From: Sphingobium sp.
GTDB lineage: Bacteria; Pseudomonadota; Alphaproteobacteria; Sphingomonadales; Sphingomonadaceae
Length of the DNA: 64,000 nucleotides
Direction: 5' to 3' (one strand)
Assembly (NCBI RefSeq): GCF_023266575.1
Contig: NZ_JAHFPV010000001.1
Shown piece by piece: positions 34,130-46,100 of the stretch; the stretch's first letter is position 1; the number at the start of each line of letters is the position of its first letter. The notes under the pieces are model-generated. The model made no database searches. It had not been told where the DNA came from and saw only the letters and a program-made list of their open reading frames with translations. Made by a program: the position numbers and the translations under genes.

Positions 34130-37100
34130 ATGGAGCAGGACGTAAAGGCATTTCGCAAGTTGGGCGACTTGCTGGCCCGCGGGCGGCGCTCCTTGGACCG
34201 GTTGCCGGGGGACTGGCGTCTGCGTCGCCGGGCCGCGCTGCGCAATTCCTCCAGTCTGGCAAACCGGCTCCATTTCGAAGCGGTCGAGCCGCGCCTGCTG
34301 CTGGCGGCGGACGTGCCGCCGATCACCGGCACTATCGAAGTGCCCGGCGAAACCGATCGCTTCGCATTCACCCTGACCGAACCCAAAAAGGTGGTGTTCG
34401 ATTCTCTTACCGCCACCAACAATATGTTCTGGGCACTGGCGGACCAGAAGGGCAGCATTGTTTCGAACCGCAATCTGGCCCAGTCGGATTCCTACGATTT
34501 TTCGGGGGGCAACATCCTCGATTTGCAAGCGGGCGAATATACGCTCAGCATTGATGGGCGGGCCGACGCGACCGGCAATTATGCATTCCGCTTGCTTGAT
34601 ACAGCCAATGCCGACGTCTTTACGCCGGGTGATGTCGTCAACGGGCTGCACAAGGCGAACGAAACCGCGCTGTACAAGTTCGACGCGTTGGCCGGGGACA
34701 GTTTCTTCTTCGACGCGCACAGCTATCCGGCTGAATCGACAGCATGGCGGCTGATCGGCCCGGACGGCGAATATGTCACCGGGCCACATGGGTTCGACGA
34801 TTCCGGTGCCTATCTGCTGAACCGCAGCGGTACGTACATGATGGAGATTGAAGGCCGGGTGTATAATTCGGCCACGGCCGACATCAGCTATTCCTTCACC
34901 TTCGGCAAGATTACGCAGACCGGCGCTGCCCTGACGATCAACGAGCGGGTGCAGGGTCGCCTTGCGACCGCAGGCAGCAGCACGGTGTTCGATTTCGATC
35001 TCGCCAGCGACAGCAAGCTGCTGTTCGACAATCTGATCCGCCGCGATAGCCTCAAATGGTCGCTCAGCGGACCGCGTGGTCAGGTGATCAACAACCGGAA
35101 TTTCAACAGTTCGGATTCCTTCAACGGGGACCCGCTGCTCAATCTGGTCGCGGGGCAGTATAAGCTGACGGTATTTGCCGATGGCGACGCAACCGGTGAT
35201 TTTGCCTTCCGCCTGCTCGATTTTTCGACGACCGCTACCGCGATCAGCGCAGGGGACAGTTTTGGCGCGACGATCGAGGATGGCGGCGCGCTGGCCAATA
35301 TTGCGCACCCCACAGGCGCGCCGCTCGACTATTCCGCGCAGGGCGGGACGATCAACCGCAGTTGGGATGTCGCCACGCTCGGCGAGCTTGAAGTCGCGAA
35401 CGATGCGGCACTCAATCCGGCCGCGATCACGGTCGAGGCATGGGTCAACGCACGCAGCGGCGGCGGCTTCTATCAGGGCATCGTCAGCAAGATAAACGAT
35501 ACCGGATGGAGCAACGGCTATGGGCTGGTGCGTGTCGGGGGCAATGTCCGCTTCTTCGTCAACAATTGGAACGATGGCTTTGTCGAAGCACCGCTCGCGA
35601 CGGATCAATGGAAGCATGTTGCCGGTGCCTATGATGGCACGACCTTGCGGCTTTATGTCGATGGCGCGCTGGTTGCCGAAAAGGCCTATGACGCCGCGAT
35701 CAACCACAGCGCCAATGCGCTCAACATCGGTGCGGCACCGACCGGCAATTATCAATTTGACGGGCAGGTGGACGATGTCCGCCTATGGGGCATGGCGCGC
35801 AGCGCAGCCGACATCGCCAGCGGATATCAGCGCCCGCTGACGGGCAGCGAGAGCGGCCTTGCGGGCTATTGGCGCTTTGACGAGGCGACCGGTCAGACCG
35901 CTGCGGATATCGCGCCGGGCGCGCTGGTCGCCAGCGGTGTCCTGCGGCGCGGGACCGAGACAAAGCTGTTCCGGTTCGACGGGGTGAAGGATGACCATTA
36001 TTTCTTCAACCTGCTCAGTGCCAGCAACAACCAGTATATACGGGTCTATCGCCCCGACGGCACGCTGCTGCTCAACGGTTCGGGACTGGGCGATATCGAC
36101 CTTGGGGAGTTGCCCGAAACGGGCGAATATCTGATTGCCGTCGAAGGCTATCTCTACAATCAGGGCAGCGCGGCATTTACCGCAGAGCTGCTAAAGGTGT
36201 CGGACGATGCTGCCGCGCTGACGCTGAACGCGCTGACCAGCGGGCGGATCGATGCCGGAGAAGCCGATCGCTTCACATTCACGCTGAGCGAAGCGACGAA
36301 GCTGGCCTTTGACTCGCTGACGGCAAACTCCGCGCTGAGTTGGTCGCTGACGGGGCCGTTTGGCTCAGAAATCACCAATCGCAATTTTTACTATTCCGAT
36401 TCAGCCGAGATCGACACCAGTAGCAGCCAATTGCTCAATCTTGCGCCGGGCGCATATACGCTGACGGTCGACGGTGCCGGGGACACGGCTGGCGATTATC
36501 AGTTCCGCCTGCTCAACCTTGCAAGCGCAACTGCGCTGACCCTTGACGCAGAAACCACCGGCAGGCTGGAGCCGGGCAACGAGACCGACATGTTCGCGTT
36601 CACGGGGCAAGAAGGCGATGCGATCTCGGTCGAGCGGATTTCGAGTACGAACGTCAATGCGTTCTGGCGACTCTATGATCCGCTGGGCCGTCTCGTCACA
36701 TCCGCGCGCCAGTTCAATGGTTCGGTGCCGCTCACGCTCGATTATGATGGAACCTATGTTCTGGTCCTCGAAGGGCGGGTGTGGGAAGGCGCGCCGGTCG
36801 ACTATGCGCTCAAGGTCAGCCGTACCGGCAGCACGGCACCGCCCGACAGGGGTACAGGCACCGCGTTCACTCTCGGCGCTGCGGTTAGCGATACGCTGAG
36901 CGCCGCAGACGAAATCGATCTCCACAGCTTTACCATAACGGCACCCACCAGGGTCTATTTCGACAGTCTGACGCCCGACACGGGCAAGACCTGGGCGCTG
37001 TTTGGCCCATCCGGGCGCATCACGCCGGATCGCGCCTTCTATTACACCGACAGTTTCGAGAATTACGCAAACACATTTATCGACCTGACCCAACCGGGCG

Positions 37101-40100
37101 ACTATCAGATCCGCGTGCAGGGCAGCACTGGCACCTACAGCTTTCGACTGCTCGATTTTGCAAGTGCCACGCCCGTCGCGGCGGATGGCAGCGTTACGTC
37201 CTCCACGCTCACGCCCGTGCGCGAGTCTGACATTTTCAGTTTTACCGCGAGCGCTGGCGAGAAGATCGTCCTCGACGTGCGCGATTATCCCAACAGCGCG
37301 AGCTGGCGCATTTTTTCGAGCAACGGGCGTCAATTGTTCGGTCCCGCCGGGTTCGATTATCACGAACTCACCATGCCCGTTTCCGACACTTATTATTTTG
37401 TCGTGGAGGGGCGTGTCTGGGATAGCAGCGCATCCGACAATTATGCCTTCATCCTCAATCGCCCGGCCGATCCCGCGCCGATCGATCTGACGCTCAATGA
37501 CATCGTTGAAGGCACCATCGCCAAGACCGGCGATGTCCAGCGCTATCGCTTCACGGTCGATACCCAGAAGCTCGTGATTTTCGACAATTTCAGCGCAGAG
37601 GTCTATCTTGAATGGGCGCTGACAGGGCCGCAGACCTCGGTTGGCAACCGCTTCTATTATTCGGACAGCTACGAACAGCAGAACCGCACCCCGATGCTGC
37701 TGGAGGCGGGCGATTATGAACTGGTGGTCCGTGGATCACAGCAGGTGGAAACCGGCGGACGGACGCTGGGCGACTATAAGTTCCGCCTGCTTGATGCCGC
37801 CGCCGGGACATTGCTCGCGGTTGATGGTTCCAGCACGTCCGGCACGCTCGATCCGGGTCGGGAAACCGATGTCTATCGCTTCACGGCGACCGCGGGCGAG
37901 AAGATATTTTTCGACGGTATTCAGGGGGCTGGCAATGGATCGGTCAGAATCCTCGATGCCTTCGGTCAGGTCGTTTATGGCCCCACCGACTTCCGCGATT
38001 CCGCCATCACCATGCCGCGTGCGGGCACCTATACGCTGCTGGTGGAAGGGCGGCCCTGGGACAATACAGCCACAATCAATTATCAGTTTGCGCTGTCGCG
38101 GATCGAGGCGGACCCGGCGCCCATTGCGCTCAATTTTGGCGAGCGGACGACCGCGACGATTGCCAAACCGACCCAGAAGCAGCGTTATACATTCACACTC
38201 ACCGCGCCAAAATCCTTCTATTTCGACAGTTTTACGCCAGATACCGAGATGTCCTGGACCATCTCAAGCGCCGGGCTGAACCTTGTCAGCAGCAATTTCT
38301 ATAGCACGGATTCCTACGAAAACAGCGCTGATCGCATCTTCACGCTTCCCGCTGGCGACTATAGCCTGGATATTTCCGGCAATGCCGGAAAGACAGGCAG
38401 TGCCGAATTCCGCCTGATCGACACGGTGTCCGCCACCGCGCTTGACTTTGGCCAGCCGGTTCGTTCCGACCTTACGCCATTGCGCGAAACGGATGTCTAC
38501 AGTTTCGAAGGGACGGCGGGCGAGACGATATTCTACCAGAATCTGCAAAGCCAGCCCAACGCCTCTTTGCGGATCATTGATCCCGATGGCCTTCAGTTCG
38601 TCGGCCCGACGAACATGGACAATCGCGAGATCGTCTTGCCCAAGACAGGGCGCTATCTCATCCTTGTGGAAGGACGGGTGTGGGATGCCAGCGCCAGTCA
38701 GAGCTATGGCTTTACCCTGCAAAAGCCGACCAATCCCACCCAGACCATCGTCATCGACGGCACGACCAACGCGGCGCTGACGCGACCGGGCAAGATCGGC
38801 AACGCCCTGTCATTTTCCGCCCATGAGCAGATTCAGATCGTCGATCCCGCGCTTGACCTGCGACAGGATGTGACGGTCGAATTCTGGATCAATCCCGATC
38901 GGCAGGCGGACACATGGTCGCCGATCGTTTACAAGGCTGATGATGCGGGGCAGCGCGGCTATTCCGTGTGGTTCAACGCCAATGGCCAGATCCATTTTTC
39001 GAGTATGCGCGGCGCATCGAACGACACGCTGGAGACGGCGAGCGGCGCGGTTCCCTATGGCGAATGGAGCCATGTCGCCGCGGTGCTGGAACGCAGCACC
39101 GGGACGATGAAAATCTATATCAACGGCGTGCTGGCAGCCTCCCGATCGGTCAGCACGGCGCTGTCAAACGGTTCGCCTGCCACGCCTTTGTTTGTTGGCG
39201 GCACCAGCGAATATAATGAGGCCCATCGCAAGTTCGAGGGCGGGCTGGACGAGGTGCGGGTCTGGAGCAGCGGGCGCACGGAGGCGCAGATCGCCGCGAC
39301 CATGAATGTCGGCGCGCCGACCGACACTACAGGCCTGGCGTTGCGACTGGGTCTGGACGCGGTGACGTCGGGTGCCGTGACAAATAGTGTTACCGGCGCG
39401 GCAATTCCGGTTTTGCGCGACCTTGCAAACGTCAAGGGCGTGGTCGAAGGACGCCTCGACACGCCGGGCGACAAGCGGACCTACACTTTCACCGTCGCGG
39501 AACGCACGATGATGGTGTTCGACAGTCTGCATGACAATGATCAGATGGTCGTTTCCGTCACCGGGCCGGGCGGTTTTTCGATATCGAACAATCTGCGCAA
39601 TGGCGACAGTTACGAACTGGGCGGGCGCAACCCCGTTTTCACGGTTGAGCCGGGCACCTACACCATATTGGTCGATGGCACGGGGGCTGCCACCGGAGCC
39701 TTCGCCTTCCGCCTGCTCAACCTGTCCGCCGCGCCGCTGGTGCCGTTCGATACCGCGATTTCGCAGACGGCAAGCGGTTCATCGGAAAGCTACGCCTATC
39801 GGCTGAACGTCAATCCGGGCGACAATCTGCTGCTCGACGTTCAGCAGGTGACCAATTCGAACAACAGGGTTTCGTATCGGCTGATCGATCCTTATGGCCG
39901 CCAGATTTTTGGCCCAGTCGACTTTGCGTCACGGGAAAGTGGCGCACTGGCGATCGGCGGCGTCTATACGCTGATCGTCGAACCGCGCGTCTGGCGTGAA
40001 TGGCCGGTGGATTTCCGCTTTGCTGCCTATAAGGTTGCGTCCACTCCGCCGGTGGCGATCACGCTGGATGGCCCCAATCCCCAGGCACCACAGATTCAGC

Positions 40101-43100
40101 CCGGCAAGAGCGGCAATGCGCTCACCCTGCGTGGGGTCGATTATGTCGAAGTGCCAAGCAGTGCGGAGGTATCGCCAAGCCGCAATCTGACGGTCGAAGG
40201 CTGGTTTAAGCTCGACCGCTTCACCAACAGCTGGACGTCGCTGGTTGCCAAATCGACCCATAGCACGTCACCTTATCGGATTGCGGTGAACGGCAACGGG
40301 TCCGTCTGGGCGGCGGTGCGCGATGCGTCCGGGGTGCAGTCGATCCAGACTGGCGGCGGCCTGATCGCTGCAGGTGAATGGGCGCATATCGCGCTGGTGG
40401 CCGACCGTGACGGCGGGGCGATGAAAATCCTCGTGAACGGGGTGGAGCAGGCATCGGGAACGATCAGGATCGGCAATAATGCCGATGCGGGCGAGCCGCT
40501 GCTGATCGGCCAGTATGAGGAGGTCGAGACCAGCTACGGCCAATGGGAAGGCGCAGTCGACAGCTTCCGCATCTGGGACATTGCGCGCAGCGAGGCTGAT
40601 GTTGCCGCCGGGATGACCAGTCCGCCGGCGACGGGGACCAGCGGTCTCCTCTACGCGCTCGATTTTGAGAGTATAGCATTGAGCGGTGACGCTCTGCTGC
40701 GCACCACCAACCCAAATGGTGTTTCCGGTCGCATCGCACAGCCGGGCGAAAGCGATATCTACAGTTTCAGCCTGACGGCCGAAACGTTGGTCATGCTCGA
40801 CAGCCTGACAAATTCGGGCGACATCAACTGGACGCTGACCGGCCCGCAAGGGGAGGTTGTGAGTGCCCGGCGCTTTAGCGACACGGATTCCGCCGATTTC
40901 ACGGCGTCGCCGGTCCTGCGACTGGGTGCGGGGGATTATGAGCTGAAGATCGACGCGGTCGGCAGCGTGACGGGCAATTATAACTTCCGTTTGCGTGACC
41001 TTTCCCTTGGTACGCCACTGACGCTGGGTTCGCCGGTATCGGGAACGCTGACACCCACGAGCGAGACCGACATTTATCGCTTCGCTGCCAATGCGGGGGA
41101 AACATTCTTCTTTGACGGCGGCACCGTTCACAACGACATGCGGTGGCGGCTGATCGATCCGTTCGGCAATGAAGTATTCGGCCCCAATACGGTCGGTAAT
41201 ATTGACGGGCTGGAACTCCCCATAAGCGGCGTCTATTCGCTGCTGATCGAGGGACGGGCCTATACCGCGACGGTCGCCGACTATCAGTTTGGCGTCTATC
41301 CCATCACCACGCAGAATGCGGCGCTGACCATCGGGTCGCGTGTGGACGGATCGATCGGCACGGTCGGCGAAAGCGACGCCTACAGCTTCACGCTCGGCGC
41401 GGCCAGCAAGCTGGTATTCGACGCGCTGACGACAGCGACCATATTCAACTGGACGTTGCGTGGCCCCGATGGTGTCGAGGTCGCCAGCCGCAATGTGCAT
41501 GATTCCGACGGGTTTGATTTTGGCGGCAATCCGGTCCTGAGCCTTGGCGCGGGCAGCTATACGCTGACGATCGATGCGACAGCGGAAAATACCGGCGATT
41601 ATAGTTTCCGCCTGCTCGACCTTGCATCTGCCGAGGAACTGGTGCCGGATGGCACGTTCAATCGCACAATTGCCCAAAATGGTCGGGAAACGGACATGTT
41701 CCGTTTCACCGCGACGGCCGGTATGCGCTTCGGCTTCGATGTGGTCAGCAATTCGTCCAGCAACAATAGCTGGCGTCTGATCGACCCGCTGGGGCAGGTG
41801 ATTTTTGGTCCTGTGGGTCTTGGCGATACCGATCTGATGACGGCGGTGATGGCCGGCACCTACACCTTGCTGGTGGAAGGGCGGCGTTCCGCGACCACGG
41901 ATGGCAGCTACAGCTTCATTTACAATCAGCCGACCATCCTGCCTGCCGGTGGCCAGACCAGCCAGAATTTCGACGTGGCGGGCCTGCCCTATATATTGGG
42001 CAATCATCGCGGGACGGCGGCGCAAATACTGGCTGATGGCGGGGATAACGTCATCAGGCTGACCGATTCCCTGCAAGTGAATAGCCAGAATTCGATAGCC
42101 TTCTCCGCCACTGGCAGCGGGCGGCAGGATGTCGTCGATCTCGGTTTCGATTTCCGCCTGACCCGCCGCGCCGGTCAGACGGAAGATGCCGACGGCTTTG
42201 GCCTGCTCTATCTGCCGGTCAGCCAATATGGCAATGGCGGGCCGGGAATGCTGGTGACGCCGGAGGCCAATCTGGCCGGAGCGCTGGGCATCGGTTTCGA
42301 CACGCTGAGCAATGGCGAAGTCAACGCCAATCATATTTCCATCCATTATAATGGCGTCAAGCTGACCGACATCGCCAATCCCGGCCTGACGCTGGCGAGC
42401 GGCAATTGGGCGCGCGCGCGGATAGTTGTGGAGCGGACCGATGGCGGATCGCTGGTCACGATCGAACTCACGCCGGAGGGTGGCGCGACCATCGCCGCTG
42501 TCACCGATTTCTTCGTGGCCGGCATGGAATTGGAGGCCGGGCGGCTGGTGCTGGGCGCCAGTCAGGGCAGCGCGACAGCCGATCAGGATTTCGATAATTT
42601 CGCCATCGCCATGACCGCCGCGGCGCAGCCGATGACGGCGCTGACGCTCAACGATGCAGTCAGCGGTTCGATTGCTGCGGCTGGCGCTGTTCAGCGCTAT
42701 GAATTTACCCTGACGGAAGAAACCGCAGTCGTTTTCGATGCGCTGACCAATAATGGCGCGCTGCGCTGGGAGATTAGCGGCCCGACCCAGACACCCGCCC
42801 CGCGCAGTTTCAACGGCACCGATTCTGCGGAATTTTCCGGCAATCCGGTCATGACGCTCGCCCCCGGCACATATCGCGTCGCCATTTCCGCTACCGGCAC
42901 CAATACCGGCAGCTTTTCATTCCGCCTGGCGTCGCTGGCGGACGGCACAGCGATCAACCTGAACGAAACGCAGGATCTCACCCTCACCCCCGGCAATCTG
43001 ACGGAAATATACCGGTTCGATGCTATGGCGGGACAAGCGCTGTTTTTCGACCTGCTCAGCGGATCGAACGATCCCTTCTGGCGGCTGATCGACCCGGCCG

Positions 43101-46100
43101 GCAATCTGGTTTTCAACACAACGCGGGTCGGCGACGTCGAGGAGCCGCTGTTGCCGCTCGACGGCACCTATACGCTCCTGATCGAAGGGCGTGTCGGCAC
43201 ATCCGCGCCGCAGACTCTGAGTTTCCGTGTGGTCGACATGGTCGAGAGCATCACGCCGCTGACCATCGGTGAGACGATCAACGGTACGATCGCCGCGCCA
43301 GGCACGAAGGTGCGTTACACCTTCAGCGTCAGCGACCCGCAATATCTGATCTTCGACAGCCTGATCAATACGACCCAGTTCGCATGGACCTTGACCGGAC
43401 CTTCCGGGACGATCCTTTCGCGCCATTTCCAGAATGCCGACGCTCATTCGGGCGCATCGCCGGGCGCGATATTTTTCGAGCCAGGTGATTACGCCATCAC
43501 GGTCGACGCCAATGATGATCTGACCGGCGATTTTGCCTTCCGCCTGCTCGATACGGCGCTGGCGAGTGATCTTGTGCTGAACGCGCCGACCACCGGGCGG
43601 CTGGAGCCTGGCAACAGCACCAATCTTTACAAATTCACCGGTGCTGTCGGTGACAATATCTATTTCGATTTCATCTCCAGCCCCGGATCGGGGCAGTGGC
43701 GGCTGTTTGATCCCGATGGCCGGGTGGCGATGAGTGCCAATTACCGCTCGGATACCGGCTTCATCACGCTTGAGAAGGCCGGTGTCTACACGCTGGCTTA
43801 TGAAGGCCAGATCGGCGAAGGCGGCCCGGTCGATTACCAGTTTCAGGTCGACAAGGTGGTCCACAAGAGCCGCACGATCGATCTGGGCGAGACGATCAGT
43901 TCCAAGCTCGATCAACCCGGCCAAAGGGAAGATCTGCTTTTCACGCTGACCGAGGAAACCCTGGTCTATGTCGATGCGCTGTCGCCATTTGGCGATGTCA
44001 GCTGGCGGCTGACCGGCCCGGCCGGTGACTTTGCTGCGCTGCCCTTCACCCAGACGGACAGTTATGACCGGTCCAATGCCCAGGTGGTCTATCGTCTGCC
44101 CGCAGGCGATCATGTGCTGCGGATCGAAAGCGGCACGACGGCGGACCGGGATTATTCCATCCGTTTGCAAAAACTCGCCGATGCGCTGCCGATCACGCCG
44201 GGCGTGCCGGTCAATGGCACGCTTAGCCCCGGTGCCGAAACCGACATGTACCGGTTTGAAGGTGAAGCAGGCGACCGCTTCTTCTTCGACAGGCTCAGCT
44301 ATGCGGGCGTGTCCACCCACTGGCGGTTGATCGCGCCCAATGGCCGGCAGCTCTTTGCCGGTGACATGAACGATGTCGACACGCTGGTCCTTCCCGACAG
44401 CGGTTCCTACACGCTGCTGATCGAGGGCTATGTGCAGCAGGCCGCATCGGTCGGGACCTATAGTTTCAACGTCATCGAAAACACGTTGATCGCGCCTATC
44501 CGAATCTCCTCACTGGAAGTGCGGCCCTCGCCCGACCTCATCCCGATCGAGCTTGCGGTCAGCAGCAGCGGCACGATCAGTTCCGGCAGCGAGATTACCA
44601 TCAGCTGGAAAACCCGCAATCAGGGGACGCGACCAACCGATGGCGCGTGGCAGGACCGGGTGTTGCTGCGCAATCTGGATACCAATGAGATTATCGGCAA
44701 CATCCTGCTGGATGACAGCGGCACAGTGATCGCTGCGGAAGGTGAACGGCAGCGGCAAACCACGCTGACGCTGCCCACGGGCAATCGCGGCGTTGGCCGG
44801 ATCGGGGTGACGGTGACGAACGACGTCGCCAACACGATCAGCGAAGAAAATATCCTGGGCACCGCCGAAACGAACAATGCCGCGACGCTGGAGTTTACGT
44901 CCCAGCTGGCGCCGTTCCGCGATCTTGTCGTTTCCGCCGTTACGGCGGACCCGGCTGGCGGCTGGAACCCCGGCGATACCGTCACGGTCAACTGGACCAC
45001 CACAAACGCGGGCAACAGTGCGACGGCGGCGGACTTTAGCGAACGGGTTTTCGTGCGCAATGTCATGACCGGCCAGCAGGTTCAGGTCGCCACGGTGGGC
45101 TTCACCGGCGCATTGGGCGCGGAGGAGGCGGCGCAACGGTCCGCACAGATCACATGGCCAGCCGGGATAGTGGGGCAGGGCATTTTCGAATTTTCGGTGG
45201 TGACCGATATTTTCGATCAGGTCGCCGAAGCGAATATAACCGCCACTGGCGAAACCAACAACAGCACGGCGGAAACCATCACGTCCGCGCCCGATCTCCA
45301 GATACGTAATCTGGCCATCAGCAACAGCGCGCCCGCTTCGGGCGACGTCATCACGCTGACATGGAACGAAAGCAATCTGGGCAATGTCGGCACCCTTGCA
45401 GGGTTCGACAACCGCCTGCTGGTGCAGAATCTCACCACCGGCGAGACGCTGCTCAACAGCACGATCATCACGACCAGCGCTTTGGCGGCAGGGGAAAGCC
45501 GCGCCCGCACCACCAGCTTCACCCTGCCCGAAGGGCAACGCGCGGTTGGCGACATCCGCGTCACCATAATCGCCGACAGCAATGCGAACGGGCAGACGAG
45601 CGTGCGCGAGGCGGCGGCCGGTGTTGCCGCCGAGGGTAATAATAGCGCGCAAGCGGCGGTCGCCGTTACCGCGCGCCAATATGCAGATTTGCGCGTCAGC
45701 AATGTCAGCGCGCCCGCCAATGGCCTAGGCGGCGGTAATATTACGGTCAGCTGGACCGTCACGAACGCCGGTGTGGCGACGGCTGACGGTGTTACATGGT
45801 CGGACCGGGTGATATTGAGCAGCGACGCCGTTATCGGCAATGCAGACGATGTCATACTCGGCAATGTGACCCGAACAGGCGGACTTGCGGAAGGTGGCAG
45901 CTATAATGGTTCGGGCACGCTGGCGCTGCCGAACGTCACGTCAGGCAATTATCGCATCTATGTCGTGGCCGATGCGGCGCAGGACATTGTCGAACCGGAT
46001 ACGCGGGCAGACAATGTCGGTGGCCCTGCGAACCTCGCCATTACCAGCCGCGCGCCCAATCTGGTGACCGAGGCCATATCCGGCCCGACTGCCACCGTGC

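Larger units (their letters stand above)
34320..44490 (+). repeat. 12 diverged tandem di-domain modules (about 620-640 bp each) of pre-peptidase-C-terminal (PPC)-like beta-sandwich domains
   Basis: Type-A domains match G.I...GE.DRY.F.L......FDSL......W.L.GP.G......F..SDS......L..G.Y.L.VDG.GD.TGDY.FRLLD. The FRLL-type ends lie near 34585, 35204, 36501, 37139, 37781, 38407, 39706, 40984, 41605, 42918, 43535 and 44155. Each is followed by a type-B domain: G.L.PG.ETD.Y.F....G...FFD.......W.L.DP.G.......D......G.Y.LL.EGR.......Y.F. The copies are diverged at DNA level. Confidence 0.75.
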
